From an uncultured Opitutales bacterium (GTDB lineage Bacteria > Verrucomicrobiota > Verrucomicrobiia > Opitutales > Intestinicryptomonadaceae), in the NCBI GenBank assembly GCA_934660865.1, contig CAKUIA010000015.1, positions 31,872 to 63,871 on the forward strand: a stretch of 32,000 bases of DNA. Direction: 5' to 3'. Shown here piece by piece: positions 8,757-16,864 of the stretch. The notes beneath the pieces were generated by a model, which made no database searches, had not been told where the DNA came from, and saw only the letters and a program-made list of their open reading frames with translations. A program made the position numbers and the translations under genes. Positions within the stretch are counted from its first letter, which is position 1; each line of letters begins with the position of its first letter.

Positions 8757-9000
8757 CTACAGTTGTCGTATTGTGCGGGAAAACAGAAGCTTTTGGGGCT
8801 TTAGTATAAATCTCTTCTCTAAAGACTTAACCGCTGACTTTAATGCTTTGCCCGACCACTTTTCGGGCTGCCAGTATTCGTTGTCTTTAAAGGACGGAGA
8901 AAGAAGTATTAGAGAATACTTATCTGCAAGAACATCAAAGTTGAATGTTTTTATCGCCTTGTCCCCGCTCCAATTTCTACCACCGAAGAGAACCTTCATG
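8757..9000 (-). pseudogene. chimeric remnant of an esterase paralog (no signal peptide, no catalytic Ser)
   Basis: The translation KVLFGGRNWSGDKAIKTFNFDVLADKYSLILLSPSFKDNEYWQPEKWSGKALKSAVKSLEKRFILKPQKLLF aligns to residues ~53-125 of paralog 1. It stops just before GYSAGG. The 3' end then switches out of frame to SFCFPAQYDNCSK, which resembles TFRCRVPAQYDQSSK of paralog 2. A 17-nt stretch is identical between 8765-8781 and 8219-8235. Confidence 0.65.
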
Positions 9001-9024
9001 TTATATAACTGTAATATCATATGA

Positions 9025-9624
9025 TTACTTTTTTGATTTCATTATCTCAATAAAAACATGCTCTACTGTTTTATTTAAAATTTCTCCAGTATTCTCGTCA
9101 ATATCTAGGATGGAAATAAAAGAATCTTCTCCAATAAAAGACTCCATTATATTAATTCTACAATCATATCCCAAGCGAATGAATGCATATTTTGGCGTAT
9201 TATATTGTTTTATAGGGATCAACGCACCGTATAACCAATGCCAATATCGCTTTTTGGCGGTAAATTTTGTTATGAGGAAAAAGTTGTCTATATTTACATC
9301 CAAAATAAAATTTTTCTTTTGAATTTTCATAAGCTCACCGACAGCTGAAATATTAGACTTAGGTGATATATTATAAAAATTTCTCATTTTTTCTTCATAT
9401 AAATTTACTTCATTTAATACATCTTTTGAAGTAAAGAGCGATGAAAAAGTAGAAAGTTCAAAAGGACTATCGTCTCTTAGTTTATTTTGCCACTTAGTTA
9501 TTATATTAAATGCCTCTACATTTACGGTTTCCTCCGCCCTAGTCGCCTTATAAGTGGGTAAGGAAACAGCCAATAGGACTATTATTCCTATACATAAAAT
9601 AACGATGTAAAGAATTTTTTTCAT
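9025..9624 (-). CDS. putative Rhs immunity protein with an N-terminal membrane anchor
   Basis: 199-aa ORF starting 1 nt after the Rhs stop. MKKILYIVILCIGIIVLLAVSLP is a signal-anchor or TM helix. The region is very AT-rich (17/60 and 16/60 G+C in the lines at 9061 and 9301). The immunity call rests only on position and composition. Confidence 0.5.
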   Translation of the reverse strand: MKKILYIVILCIGIIVLLAVSLPTYKATRAEETVNVEAFNIITKWQNKLRDDSPFELSTFSSLFTSKDVLNEVNLYEEKMRNFYNISPKSNISAVGELMKIQKKNFILDVNIDNFFLITKFTAKKRYWHWLYGALIPIKQYNTPKYAFIRLGYDCRINIMESFIGEDSFISILDIDENTGEILNKTVEHVFIEIMKSKK

Positions 9625-9625
9625 A

Positions 9626-12600
9626 TTATTCCGATAAAGTTTTCCATGTTCCCCTAAAAAATTTTCTAGGGTCTCTAAATACTGTTTCCCATGAAAGAGG
9701 ACCTATTGGTATCAATTCTCCTGTGAATCCAGTAATATTTGCAACTACGCCTACTCCGGAAAGATATTCACTCAAATAATTACCTTGATAACGTGCATTT
9801 AGTTTTATATTTACACCTTCGGCAAAATTTGAGGAGAGGTTTCCAAAATCACGAGCTGTTATATAATATCCCGATTGAGAATTTACAACAAGCCCCGCTC
9901 CATCTGAAGCACCATGTCCTGTATACGTAAAATCTGTTATTTTATTTGAACTACTCGCATTATTTAATATATTGCTTATGTCTTGACGGCTCGATACATA
10001 TCCTCCTTTTGTTGTACCATTTTCTAGTTTAATGCTGACATATGCGCTGTCTGCCAAGTCATATGCACCATACAAATCAATCGTACATGTTGATTGATTA
10101 TTACAATACGCAAAGTTATTCCAACCGTCGGGATAGCCTACAAGGTCTTGTGATAGCCATTTGCCCATGTCCGCGCGATAGTTGCGCAAAAGGAACACAT
10201 AACCTAAATCTTCAACATGCGGTTTGCCTGTAAAGAATGACGATTTATCGTAAGTATCAGCTCCAAAGCTCGTTTTGTCAATAGCGGAATAGCCATTGCA
10301 TTTTGTCATACCTAAGCTTGTCCCAAGCATATCGGTAAATATCGCTTCGGTAGTACCACCTATTGCAAGAACAGGATTTCCGCCGTTGGCGTGGGGTTCA
10401 TTGATATACTTAATCCCATTGCGTTCAATCAACGCCAAGCCGTCCCACTCGAAGGTCTCAACACCGTTTTCACGCTTTGCTTTGGCGATTTGTCCGTTAT
10501 TGTGATATTCAAAATTGGCAAGCGTTTTGCCGTTTTCGGCGACACGTATAACCTTATCGAGCCAGCCGTACTCATAGGTTTTGTCGCCCTCCCGAATCAT
10601 TCTGCCTGCGGCGTCGTAGGCGTATTTCGTTTCCCTGCCGTCGGGGGCGATACTGTTTACAAGTTGGCTTGCGGCATCGTATGTATAGGTGGTCGTTTCG
10701 CCGTTAATTGTCTTTTTTAAGATATTGCCGCTTGCATCATAAACATATTCTTCTACGGCGCTTTTACTTTCCATATCTATTACTGCAAGCAACTGATTTT
10801 TGGCATCGTACTTGTATTCCTGCAACTTTCCATTGGCAAGGCGCGAAGTTAATTTGCCACTTTTTGTATAAAAATATTTAAGCTCGGAAAGTAGTTTGCC
10901 GTCTTTATCAAACAGGGTTTTACCCGCAAGTTGTCCAAGTTTTGTATATTCAAAAACTACCCTGTTCCCGTCTATGATTTGCTCCGAAAGTTGGTTCTTT
11001 TTATTATAGACATATTCGACCAGTTTGCCGTTTGATTCTGTCTTAACAATGCGTCCGAACTTGTCGTAGGTATTGTATTCGTCCAATACTTCTTTGCCTT
11101 TTATGAGGACGCGGCTAAGACGTTTGCCGTAATTGTCGTAGGCGTATTTTGTGATTGCACCGCCTTCGGATTTTTCAACAAGCCTGCCGAAGTGGTCGTA
11201 TTTAAACTTGGAAACAAGACCGTTCTTCGACTTTTCAATTACCTTACCCCAAGTGTCGTATTTAAGAGTTTCGTTTTGCGACGATCCATAGGAGATGCCC
11301 ACAAGCCTGTCTAAGTCATCGTACTTATAAGAAAACGACCTGTCGGATTTTTTCCCCTCGAATTGTGAATCAACTCCGACAAGCCTGCCGTACTCGTCGT
11401 AATAATTCTGCGTAATTTGCCCTACCGCAGTCGTACGTGAATCAAGACCGTGTTTATTCCAAGCAAATTTTATTTCGTGCCCGCTCTGGTCTATGACATT
11501 TTCAAGTCTGCCAAGTTCGGTGTATGCGTATTGCACCTGTGTGTTGTCGGGGAAAGTTTCTTTTACAACGCGACCGAAAGCGTCGCGTTCATATTGTTTT
11601 CCCAATCCGTCTTGATCTTTATAGCAAATCGTAGCGCCGTTCTTGTCGTATGACATTTCAACCGAGGAAAGAAGTTCGTCGCCAAATTTTGAATGGCTTT
11701 TTATCGGAAATCCGTTTTTGTCGTAATCCGTATGAAGCTTTATGCCGTTGCTTTCCCTTACTATTTGCCGGTTGTATTGGTCGTAAACAAAATTTGTCTC
11801 CTGATCGTGTGAATTTACAATCCTTGATGGATAACCGTAAAAATTGTATGCAATCTTTAAAGAATTTCTCCCGTCGTCTATATGCACAGGGCGAAATTCC
11901 TCGTCGTATTGTATTGAAGTAATTTTTACCGTTTCGCCTCGTTCGTTAAGCTCGTTTATCTTTGCGGGCTTCAAATTTCCCTTGTTATAGGAAAAACTGC
12001 GCACTGGTATTGCTTTCTCATCTTCCGCGCCACGCTTGGAAATTTGAATCAAATTGCCTCTTGCATCGTAATGAAAGTTTATGTCGTTTTTAGCCTTGTC
12101 GCGAAATCTCGTAATTCTGCCTGTATCCTTGTCATAGCGATAGCTTGCCACAACGCGCTTTTTATCGTCCACAATTTGTCGCACTTTGCCGTTGTAAGCG
12201 ACATCGTAACGCATAAAATAATATGTAGTAAATGTCCTGCTTGAGAAGTCTGTGTGCGCTGCTATTCCGCGCTGAGCGTCAAAACCGTAAGTTTCCCTTT
12301 GTCCAAGTTTGTTTTCTATGACAACATTACCTGTCTTATTTGTAGTAGGGTATGAATAAACGTATTGCGAATCCGAAAGTATCCTGCCCGCTGTCGCTTC
12401 TTTTGTTATATTGTTTACGCTTTTCTTTGCTTTCTTTGCCGCCGCAACCTTCTTTAAGTAGTCTTTGCGCTGCGCAAGGCTTTCATGTTCCGCGGAAATG
12501 TTGTCAACGTAATTACCACGCCTTATTTGGGCAAGGTAGCCCGCGCTGTCGTAGGAAAATTCCAGCGGGTTCAAGCCATTGCGTCCTACCTTGCTTAAAA

Positions 12601-13330
12601 ACTTTGATTCTACATACTCTTCCCTGCCTGCAAGCGTTTCCGGCAATATTTGCGCCTTGCCGTCTGAAAAAACAAATTTGTTGGAGACTCCGTTTATAAA
12701 AATTTCAGAAAGATTTTTATCTTCTCCGTATTTCAATTCAATGAACGTTCTACCAAGCTGTTCAACAGAGACTAATTTTCCATTATTGTAGACAAACGAG
12801 AGGCATTGTCCCGAGGGTGCTTCGATTTTGCGCAATTTGGCATCAGTATAAATAAATTTCCACCCGCGCATATCCTTGCGTCCGTATATTGTCCATGAAC
12901 CGCTGTCGGCGCGTCCATTGGCTGTCCAATCGGCAAACGGAGAAAAGTAGGCATTTTCGCGTTCGCGCTCGTTATAGAGGTTTAGGACATCTCGGGAGGT
13001 GTTTTTACGGGAATAGAAGAATACCTTCTCGCCCCACGGGGTAGTCCAAACAGCGCCGTGTTCGTTTGGCGTTGCCGAACTTTCAAGTTGGGGGATTTTC
13101 CAGCCGAATCCTGCGAGACCTTCTTCCTTTACGGAAGAATCATAAAATATCTGGACAGGCAAACGTAGTTCAGGAGAGAAGTTTGCCGTGCCTAATACAA
13201 AATTCGAATAATATGCATCGGAAGTAAGCGAAGCTTTCCCTGCCGAATTTTTATTCTGAATGAAATTCAGTTGTTGCGCAGATACCGAAGTAAACGAAAC
13301 AACCATAGCTTTCATAACGGAAGCAAGCAT
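9626..13330 (-). CDS. Rhs/YD-repeat polymorphic toxin
   Basis: 1234 aa. The N-terminal region carries a GLAGFGWKIP (GxFGxGW-like) motif. Dozens of YD-type repeats follow (YDARGNL, YDKNGF, YDEYGRL, YDHFGRL, YDNYGKR, YDAAGRMI). The core-end region reads FTGKPHVEDLGYVFLLRNYRADMGKWLSQDLVGYPDGWNNFAYCNNQSTCTIDLYGA. A 145-aa variable tip comes after it. Confidence 0.9.
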   Translation of the reverse strand: MLASVMKAMVVSFTSVSAQQLNFIQNKNSAGKASLTSDAYYSNFVLGTANFSPELRLPVQIFYDSSVKEEGLAGFGWKIPQLESSATPNEHGAVWTTPWGEKVFFYSRKNTSRDVLNLYNERERENAYFSPFADWTANGRADSGSWTIYGRKDMRGWKFIYTDAKLRKIEAPSGQCLSFVYNNGKLVSVEQLGRTFIELKYGEDKNLSEIFINGVSNKFVFSDGKAQILPETLAGREEYVESKFLSKVGRNGLNPLEFSYDSAGYLAQIRRGNYVDNISAEHESLAQRKDYLKKVAAAKKAKKSVNNITKEATAGRILSDSQYVYSYPTTNKTGNVVIENKLGQRETYGFDAQRGIAAHTDFSSRTFTTYYFMRYDVAYNGKVRQIVDDKKRVVASYRYDKDTGRITRFRDKAKNDINFHYDARGNLIQISKRGAEDEKAIPVRSFSYNKGNLKPAKINELNERGETVKITSIQYDEEFRPVHIDDGRNSLKIAYNFYGYPSRIVNSHDQETNFVYDQYNRQIVRESNGIKLHTDYDKNGFPIKSHSKFGDELLSSVEMSYDKNGATICYKDQDGLGKQYERDAFGRVVKETFPDNTQVQYAYTELGRLENVIDQSGHEIKFAWNKHGLDSRTTAVGQITQNYYDEYGRLVGVDSQFEGKKSDRSFSYKYDDLDRLVGISYGSSQNETLKYDTWGKVIEKSKNGLVSKFKYDHFGRLVEKSEGGAITKYAYDNYGKRLSRVLIKGKEVLDEYNTYDKFGRIVKTESNGKLVEYVYNKKNQLSEQIIDGNRVVFEYTKLGQLAGKTLFDKDGKLLSELKYFYTKSGKLTSRLANGKLQEYKYDAKNQLLAVIDMESKSAVEEYVYDASGNILKKTINGETTTYTYDAASQLVNSIAPDGRETKYAYDAAGRMIREGDKTYEYGWLDKVIRVAENGKTLANFEYHNNGQIAKAKRENGVETFEWDGLALIERNGIKYINEPHANGGNPVLAIGGTTEAIFTDMLGTSLGMTKCNGYSAIDKTSFGADTYDKSSFFTGKPHVEDLGYVFLLRNYRADMGKWLSQDLVGYPDGWNNFAYCNNQSTCTIDLYGAYDLADSAYVSIKLENGTTKGGYVSSRQDISNILNNASSSNKITDFTYTGHGASDGAGLVVNSQSGYYITARDFGNLSSNFAEGVNIKLNARYQGNYLSEYLSGVGVVANITGFTGELIPIGPLSWETVFRDPRKFFRGTWKTLSE
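9629..10063 (-). other. Rhs C-terminal variable (toxin cargo) domain, family not recognised
   Basis: This is the sequence after the DLYGA core end: YDLADSAYVSIKLENGTTKGG...FTYTGHGASDGAGLVV...RGTWKTLSE. G+C falls to 22/60 and 21/60 in the lines at 9661 and 9901, against 28/60 in the core line at 11101. Confidence 0.6.
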
Positions 13331-13535
13331 AGAAATGATTTATTGTTTGTCAAATCATATTCATTATATTATGATTCCATTGTGTTGCAGGAAGTTATAA
13401 ACAAATCCGAATTTTGTTCCACAATATTTTTTGTGTATTTGGTATAAAACACAGACTTGATTACCTTATAAACCTAATACTCTTAGCAATAGCGTAGCAG
13501 GCTGGGGCGTTTCATTTAGCGGGCAACATTTGCCG

Positions 13536-13907
13536 CTACATAAACCTGATTTCTTTGATGTTTTCGCAGCAGTCTAGCGAATTTATGTTTTTCAGGATTT
13601 CCCTGCGGTCGAAACTTAGGTTTTGGCGCACAATGGGGTTTTCGGTGCGTATGTATAGGGCATTGCCCCTTATAAGGGCGGGGCTGCTAAGCGTTGCAAG
13701 GTTGCCGTATACAATGTTTTTCCAGTTCTCCAAAATTACCTGTTGCGGCGTTTTTTGCCCTATTTTTAGGTTCTCGAAAATGTCGGCAACAATGTCGTTT
13801 AGGGGTTCGGCTTTGCCTTTTGTGTAGTGGGCTTTTGCCTTGCTCCCAAAATAGGGCATACAGCGAAATTCGCTTAAAAGCCCGTCTAAATCGCTACTTA
13901 ACGGCAT
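13536..13907 (-). CDS. DUF721 / DciA-like protein
   Basis: 123 aa. ILENWKNIVYGNLATLSSPALIRGNALYIRTENPIVRQNLSFDRREILKNIN fits the DUF721 pattern (W..IVG..LA....P..L..G.L.V......W...L......IL..LN). It overlaps the Nudix gene by 10 nt. Confidence 0.55.
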   Translation of the reverse strand: MPLSSDLDGLLSEFRCMPYFGSKAKAHYTKGKAEPLNDIVADIFENLKIGQKTPQQVILENWKNIVYGNLATLSSPALIRGNALYIRTENPIVRQNLSFDRREILKNINSLDCCENIKEIRFM

Positions 13908-14461
13908 CGGCTTAGGTATTTTTGCAGATAGTATATTGCCGCTACCGATATGCAGTGGTGTATTTGCCCCGACAATATAAGGTTGTCAAGCTCGGCTATG
14001 TCGCAAACAAGGGTTTTTATTTCCTCGTTTTTGTCGAATTTTGTTTCGAGAGTTTTTTTGCAGTTTTCAATCAAAACAAAATGGGTTTTGTTGCTCATTA
14101 TTGCGGGGTTTGGCGAAACAGAACCCAGGAGAATTGGGGTGTTGCCCGTATAGCCCGTTTCTTCGGCAAGCTCGCGCGCTGCGGCCTGCAGGGGGCTTTC
14201 GCCCTTGTCTATAATTCCGCCCGAAGGCTCTATTGAAAAATTTTGTGTGCCAAACCTAAATTGCTTAACAAGAATAATTTTGGTGTTGTTTTCGCAAAGG
14301 GCAAGGCATTGCACCCAGTCGCTTGTTTCGGAAACGTAAAAATTGTCTTTGCGGCCGTCGGGGTGCTCGAAAGTAAGTTCGTTTATGTTGAATACCCTGC
14401 AGGCGCTAAAAAGCTTTTTGCTTAAAAGCTTCCACTTTTTAGGCTCGCAGTTTTCGCTCAT
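13898..14461 (-). CDS. Nudix hydrolase (ADP-ribose pyrophosphatase-like)
   Basis: 187 aa. GIIDKGESPLQAAARELAEETGY is an exact fit to the Nudix box G-x5-E-x7-REUxEExGU. Confidence 0.85.
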   Translation of the reverse strand: MSENCEPKKWKLLSKKLFSACRVFNINELTFEHPDGRKDNFYVSETSDWVQCLALCENNTKIILVKQFRFGTQNFSIEPSGGIIDKGESPLQAAARELAEETGYTGNTPILLGSVSPNPAIMSNKTHFVLIENCKKTLETKFDKNEEIKTLVCDIAELDNLILSGQIHHCISVAAIYYLQKYLSRCR

Positions 14462-14480
14462 AAAACAGGTTTGCTATATG

Positions 14481-15149
14481 CTATTGTTGGGGAATGTTAA
14501 TTTCCTGCCCGATTTGAAGTTTTGAAGGCTCTATGCCGGGGTTTGCGTCTTGCAAAGCCTTTATCGAAACTTTAAACTTCTTTGCGATTTTTGCGAGATA
14601 GTCGCCGCTTTTAATTTTGTATGTTTTTGTGCCCGAAGCTGAAGCTGTCGCGTTTTGCTCGGTTTGTTCCGTGTTTGCGCTTTGCTGTTCTTGGGAAGCG
14701 GCCTGTTGTTCGCCGGCTTGCACCTTTGCTTTTGCCTGCGCTTTTGCGGGGCGTTCCCTTAATTCCAAAGCTATTGTTTTTAGGGCTTCCTGATTGGCCG
14801 AAATAAGCTCTCTATTTTCGTTTATAAGTTTCGAATAATATTCCAAAGCCGATTTTACGTCGCTAACCGTTTTGTTCGAGGCCGCCTTTGTAGAGCTTCT
14901 TACTTCGTTTAGCTGGTTTGCCAGGCTTTGCAGTTTGGGGGTTATGTTCGAAACTTCAACCGAGGCCGCTATTGCCTTGTCGGCCTTAACGGTAAGTGCC
15001 TCTTGGGCACTGTCGAGCTTTTTGGCCGAGTTTACCGCCAAAAACAGGGCGGCCGCTGCCAAAGCCAATGCCACAAGCGACAACGCCACGGGCAAAAACG
15101 AGCTTTTATTGTTGGTTTGGGCTATTTCGGAAGTTTGAGTTTCTTGCAT
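14481..15149 (-). CDS. membrane-anchored coiled-coil protein with a C-terminal LysM domain
   Basis: 222 aa. It has a TM helix (FLPVALSLVALALAAAALFLAV) and a Q/A-rich linker. The C-terminal YKIKSGDYLAKIAKKFKVSIKALQDANPGIEPSKLQIGQEINIP is a LysM motif. Confidence 0.8.
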   Translation of the reverse strand: MQETQTSEIAQTNNKSSFLPVALSLVALALAAAALFLAVNSAKKLDSAQEALTVKADKAIAASVEVSNITPKLQSLANQLNEVRSSTKAASNKTVSDVKSALEYYSKLINENRELISANQEALKTIALELRERPAKAQAKAKVQAGEQQAASQEQQSANTEQTEQNATASASGTKTYKIKSGDYLAKIAKKFKVSIKALQDANPGIEPSKLQIGQEINIPQQ

Positions 15150-15273
15150 ATCTTTGTGTGTATATTATATATGGGTTGGATATTGAACCCATTTGTAGTG
15201 CATTTCAATTTTAAATTTTATATTTTTTGTGTTGCTAGACGTCAAATAAGGCGGCAATATAGAATAATTTATT

Positions 15274-16863
15274 ATGGCAGAATGTGAAAAAAGATTGTTA
15301 AGCGGTAACGAAGCTATTGCCTTGGGCGCACTTCACGCTGGGTGTGCCATCGGCGTGGGGTATCCCGGAACGCCGTCTACCGAAATTTTGGAAACCTTTT
15401 CGGAGCTTGGCGGCGATGCCCAATGGGCTCCAAACGAAAAAGTTGCGGCCGAAACCGCATTGGGAGTTGCCTTTGCCGAAAGCTCGGTAATTGTTACAAT
15501 GAAGCACGTTGGCTTTAACGTTGCCCAAGACCTGTTTTTTACGGCGGCATATAGCGGTATTCAGGGGGCGTATGTTGCCGTTGTTGCCGACGACCCAGGA
15601 ATGGCCTCGAGCCAAAACGAGCAGGACACCCGCTCGCTGGCAAAGATTGGCGGCTTGCCCGTGCTGGAACCGTCTTCGGCGCAGGAGGCCTACGACTTTA
15701 CAAAGCTTGCCTTCGAGCTTTCCAGAAAGTTCAACCAGCCCTTTATTATAAGAACTACAACAAGAATAGCCCACACAAACGGCATTGTTGAATATAAAAA
15801 CGAAATTGCGCCCAAGCCCGTTGCAAAATTCGAGCGCAACATAGCAATGCGCGTTATGGTGCCAGGCAACGCAAAGCCCGCGCACCATCGCCTGCGCGAA
15901 AAGCTGGCAAACATAGAGGAATGGAACAACAATTCGCCTCTTAATGTGCAGACCGATTCGCCCGACAAAAAATTGGGCATAATCTCGTCGGGTATTGCAT
16001 ATATGCACGCAAGAGAGGCGGCTCCGACGGCCGGCTTTTTAAAGATAGCTCTTACAAACCCGCTCCCATTTAAAAAGATAGAGGAATTTTGCGCCAAGTA
16101 CGACGAAGTTGTTGCAATAGAAGAGTGCGACCCCTATTTGACCGACGCAATCAGAGCCTACGGCATAAAGAACTTGCGCCAAAGGAACATTAAATGGCAC
16201 TTCGGCGAATTGAATGTAGACAAAACCAAAGCGCAGCTGGCAAACGATTTGTCGTACGACGAGCCTAAATTGAAATCGAAACCCCCGCAGTTGTGCAAGG
16301 GCTGCCCGCATACATTTAGCTTTCAGCTTTTAAAGGATATGGGCTGCATTGTTTCGGGCGACATAGGCTGCTACACGTTGGGGGCAATGCCTCCGCTTAG
16401 CGCAATGGACATGCAAATTTGCATGGGAGCAAGCATTGGCATGGGGCTTGGCTTAAGGCAGGTTTTGCCCGAAGAGCAGGCAAGAAAAGTTGTAAGCGTA
16501 ATAGGCGATTCAACCTTTATGCACAGCGGCTTGACCGGCCTTTTGCAGATGGTCTACAACACCCCGAAAACGGGGCACGTTGTGATTGTTGTAGACAACT
16601 CTACAACCGCAATGACCGGCCAGCAGGAACACCCCGGCACGGGCAGAAAGCTGGACGGCACCCCGTGCTATAAGGTAGACATTCAAAGCGTTGCAAAGGG
16701 CATAGGCGTGCAAAATGTTGCGGCGTTTAACCCCGCAAAAGAGGGCGATGCCTTTAAAGCCTATTTGGCCGAGTGCCTTGCCAAGAACGAAACAACCCTT
16801 ATTGTCTTAAAACAGCCCTGCCTTTTGGCAATGGCCAAGTGGGCTAAAATGAAAGCTAAATAA
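15274..16863 (+). CDS. iorA: indolepyruvate:ferredoxin oxidoreductase, alpha subunit
   Basis: 529 aa. LSGNEAIALGALHAGCAIGVGYPGTPSTEILE is a typical 2-oxoacid:ferredoxin oxidoreductase N-terminus. A CKGCPH cysteine motif and a GDSTFMHSG thiamine-PP-binding motif are present. An iorB-like gene follows. Confidence 0.85.
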   Translation: MAECEKRLLSGNEAIALGALHAGCAIGVGYPGTPSTEILETFSELGGDAQWAPNEKVAAETALGVAFAESSVIVTMKHVGFNVAQDLFFTAAYSGIQGAYVAVVADDPGMASSQNEQDTRSLAKIGGLPVLEPSSAQEAYDFTKLAFELSRKFNQPFIIRTTTRIAHTNGIVEYKNEIAPKPVAKFERNIAMRVMVPGNAKPAHHRLREKLANIEEWNNNSPLNVQTDSPDKKLGIISSGIAYMHAREAAPTAGFLKIALTNPLPFKKIEEFCAKYDEVVAIEECDPYLTDAIRAYGIKNLRQRNIKWHFGELNVDKTKAQLANDLSYDEPKLKSKPPQLCKGCPHTFSFQLLKDMGCIVSGDIGCYTLGAMPPLSAMDMQICMGASIGMGLGLRQVLPEEQARKVVSVIGDSTFMHSGLTGLLQMVYNTPKTGHVVIVVDNSTTAMTGQQEHPGTGRKLDGTPCYKVDIQSVAKGIGVQNVAAFNPAKEGDAFKAYLAECLAKNETTLIVLKQPCLLAMAKWAKMKAK

Positions 16864-16864
16864 T

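Noticed and set aside
9626-13330. Assigning the Rhs protein to a type VI secretion system
   Set aside because: There is no PAAR domain at the N-terminus that I can see, and no vgrG, hcp or tss genes in the 32-kb window. The delivery route is left open.
13517-13537. Hairpin gcgggcaa-cat-ttgccgc overlapping the DUF721 stop, considered as a terminator separating it from the Rhs gene
   Set aside because: The stem is short and imperfect, and no U-tract follows on the minus strand. It is not sufficient to call a terminator.
15298-16097. 236-aa and 135-aa minus-strand ORFs inside iorA
   Set aside because: These are shadow ORFs. iorA on the plus strand has diagnostic motifs and operon context.
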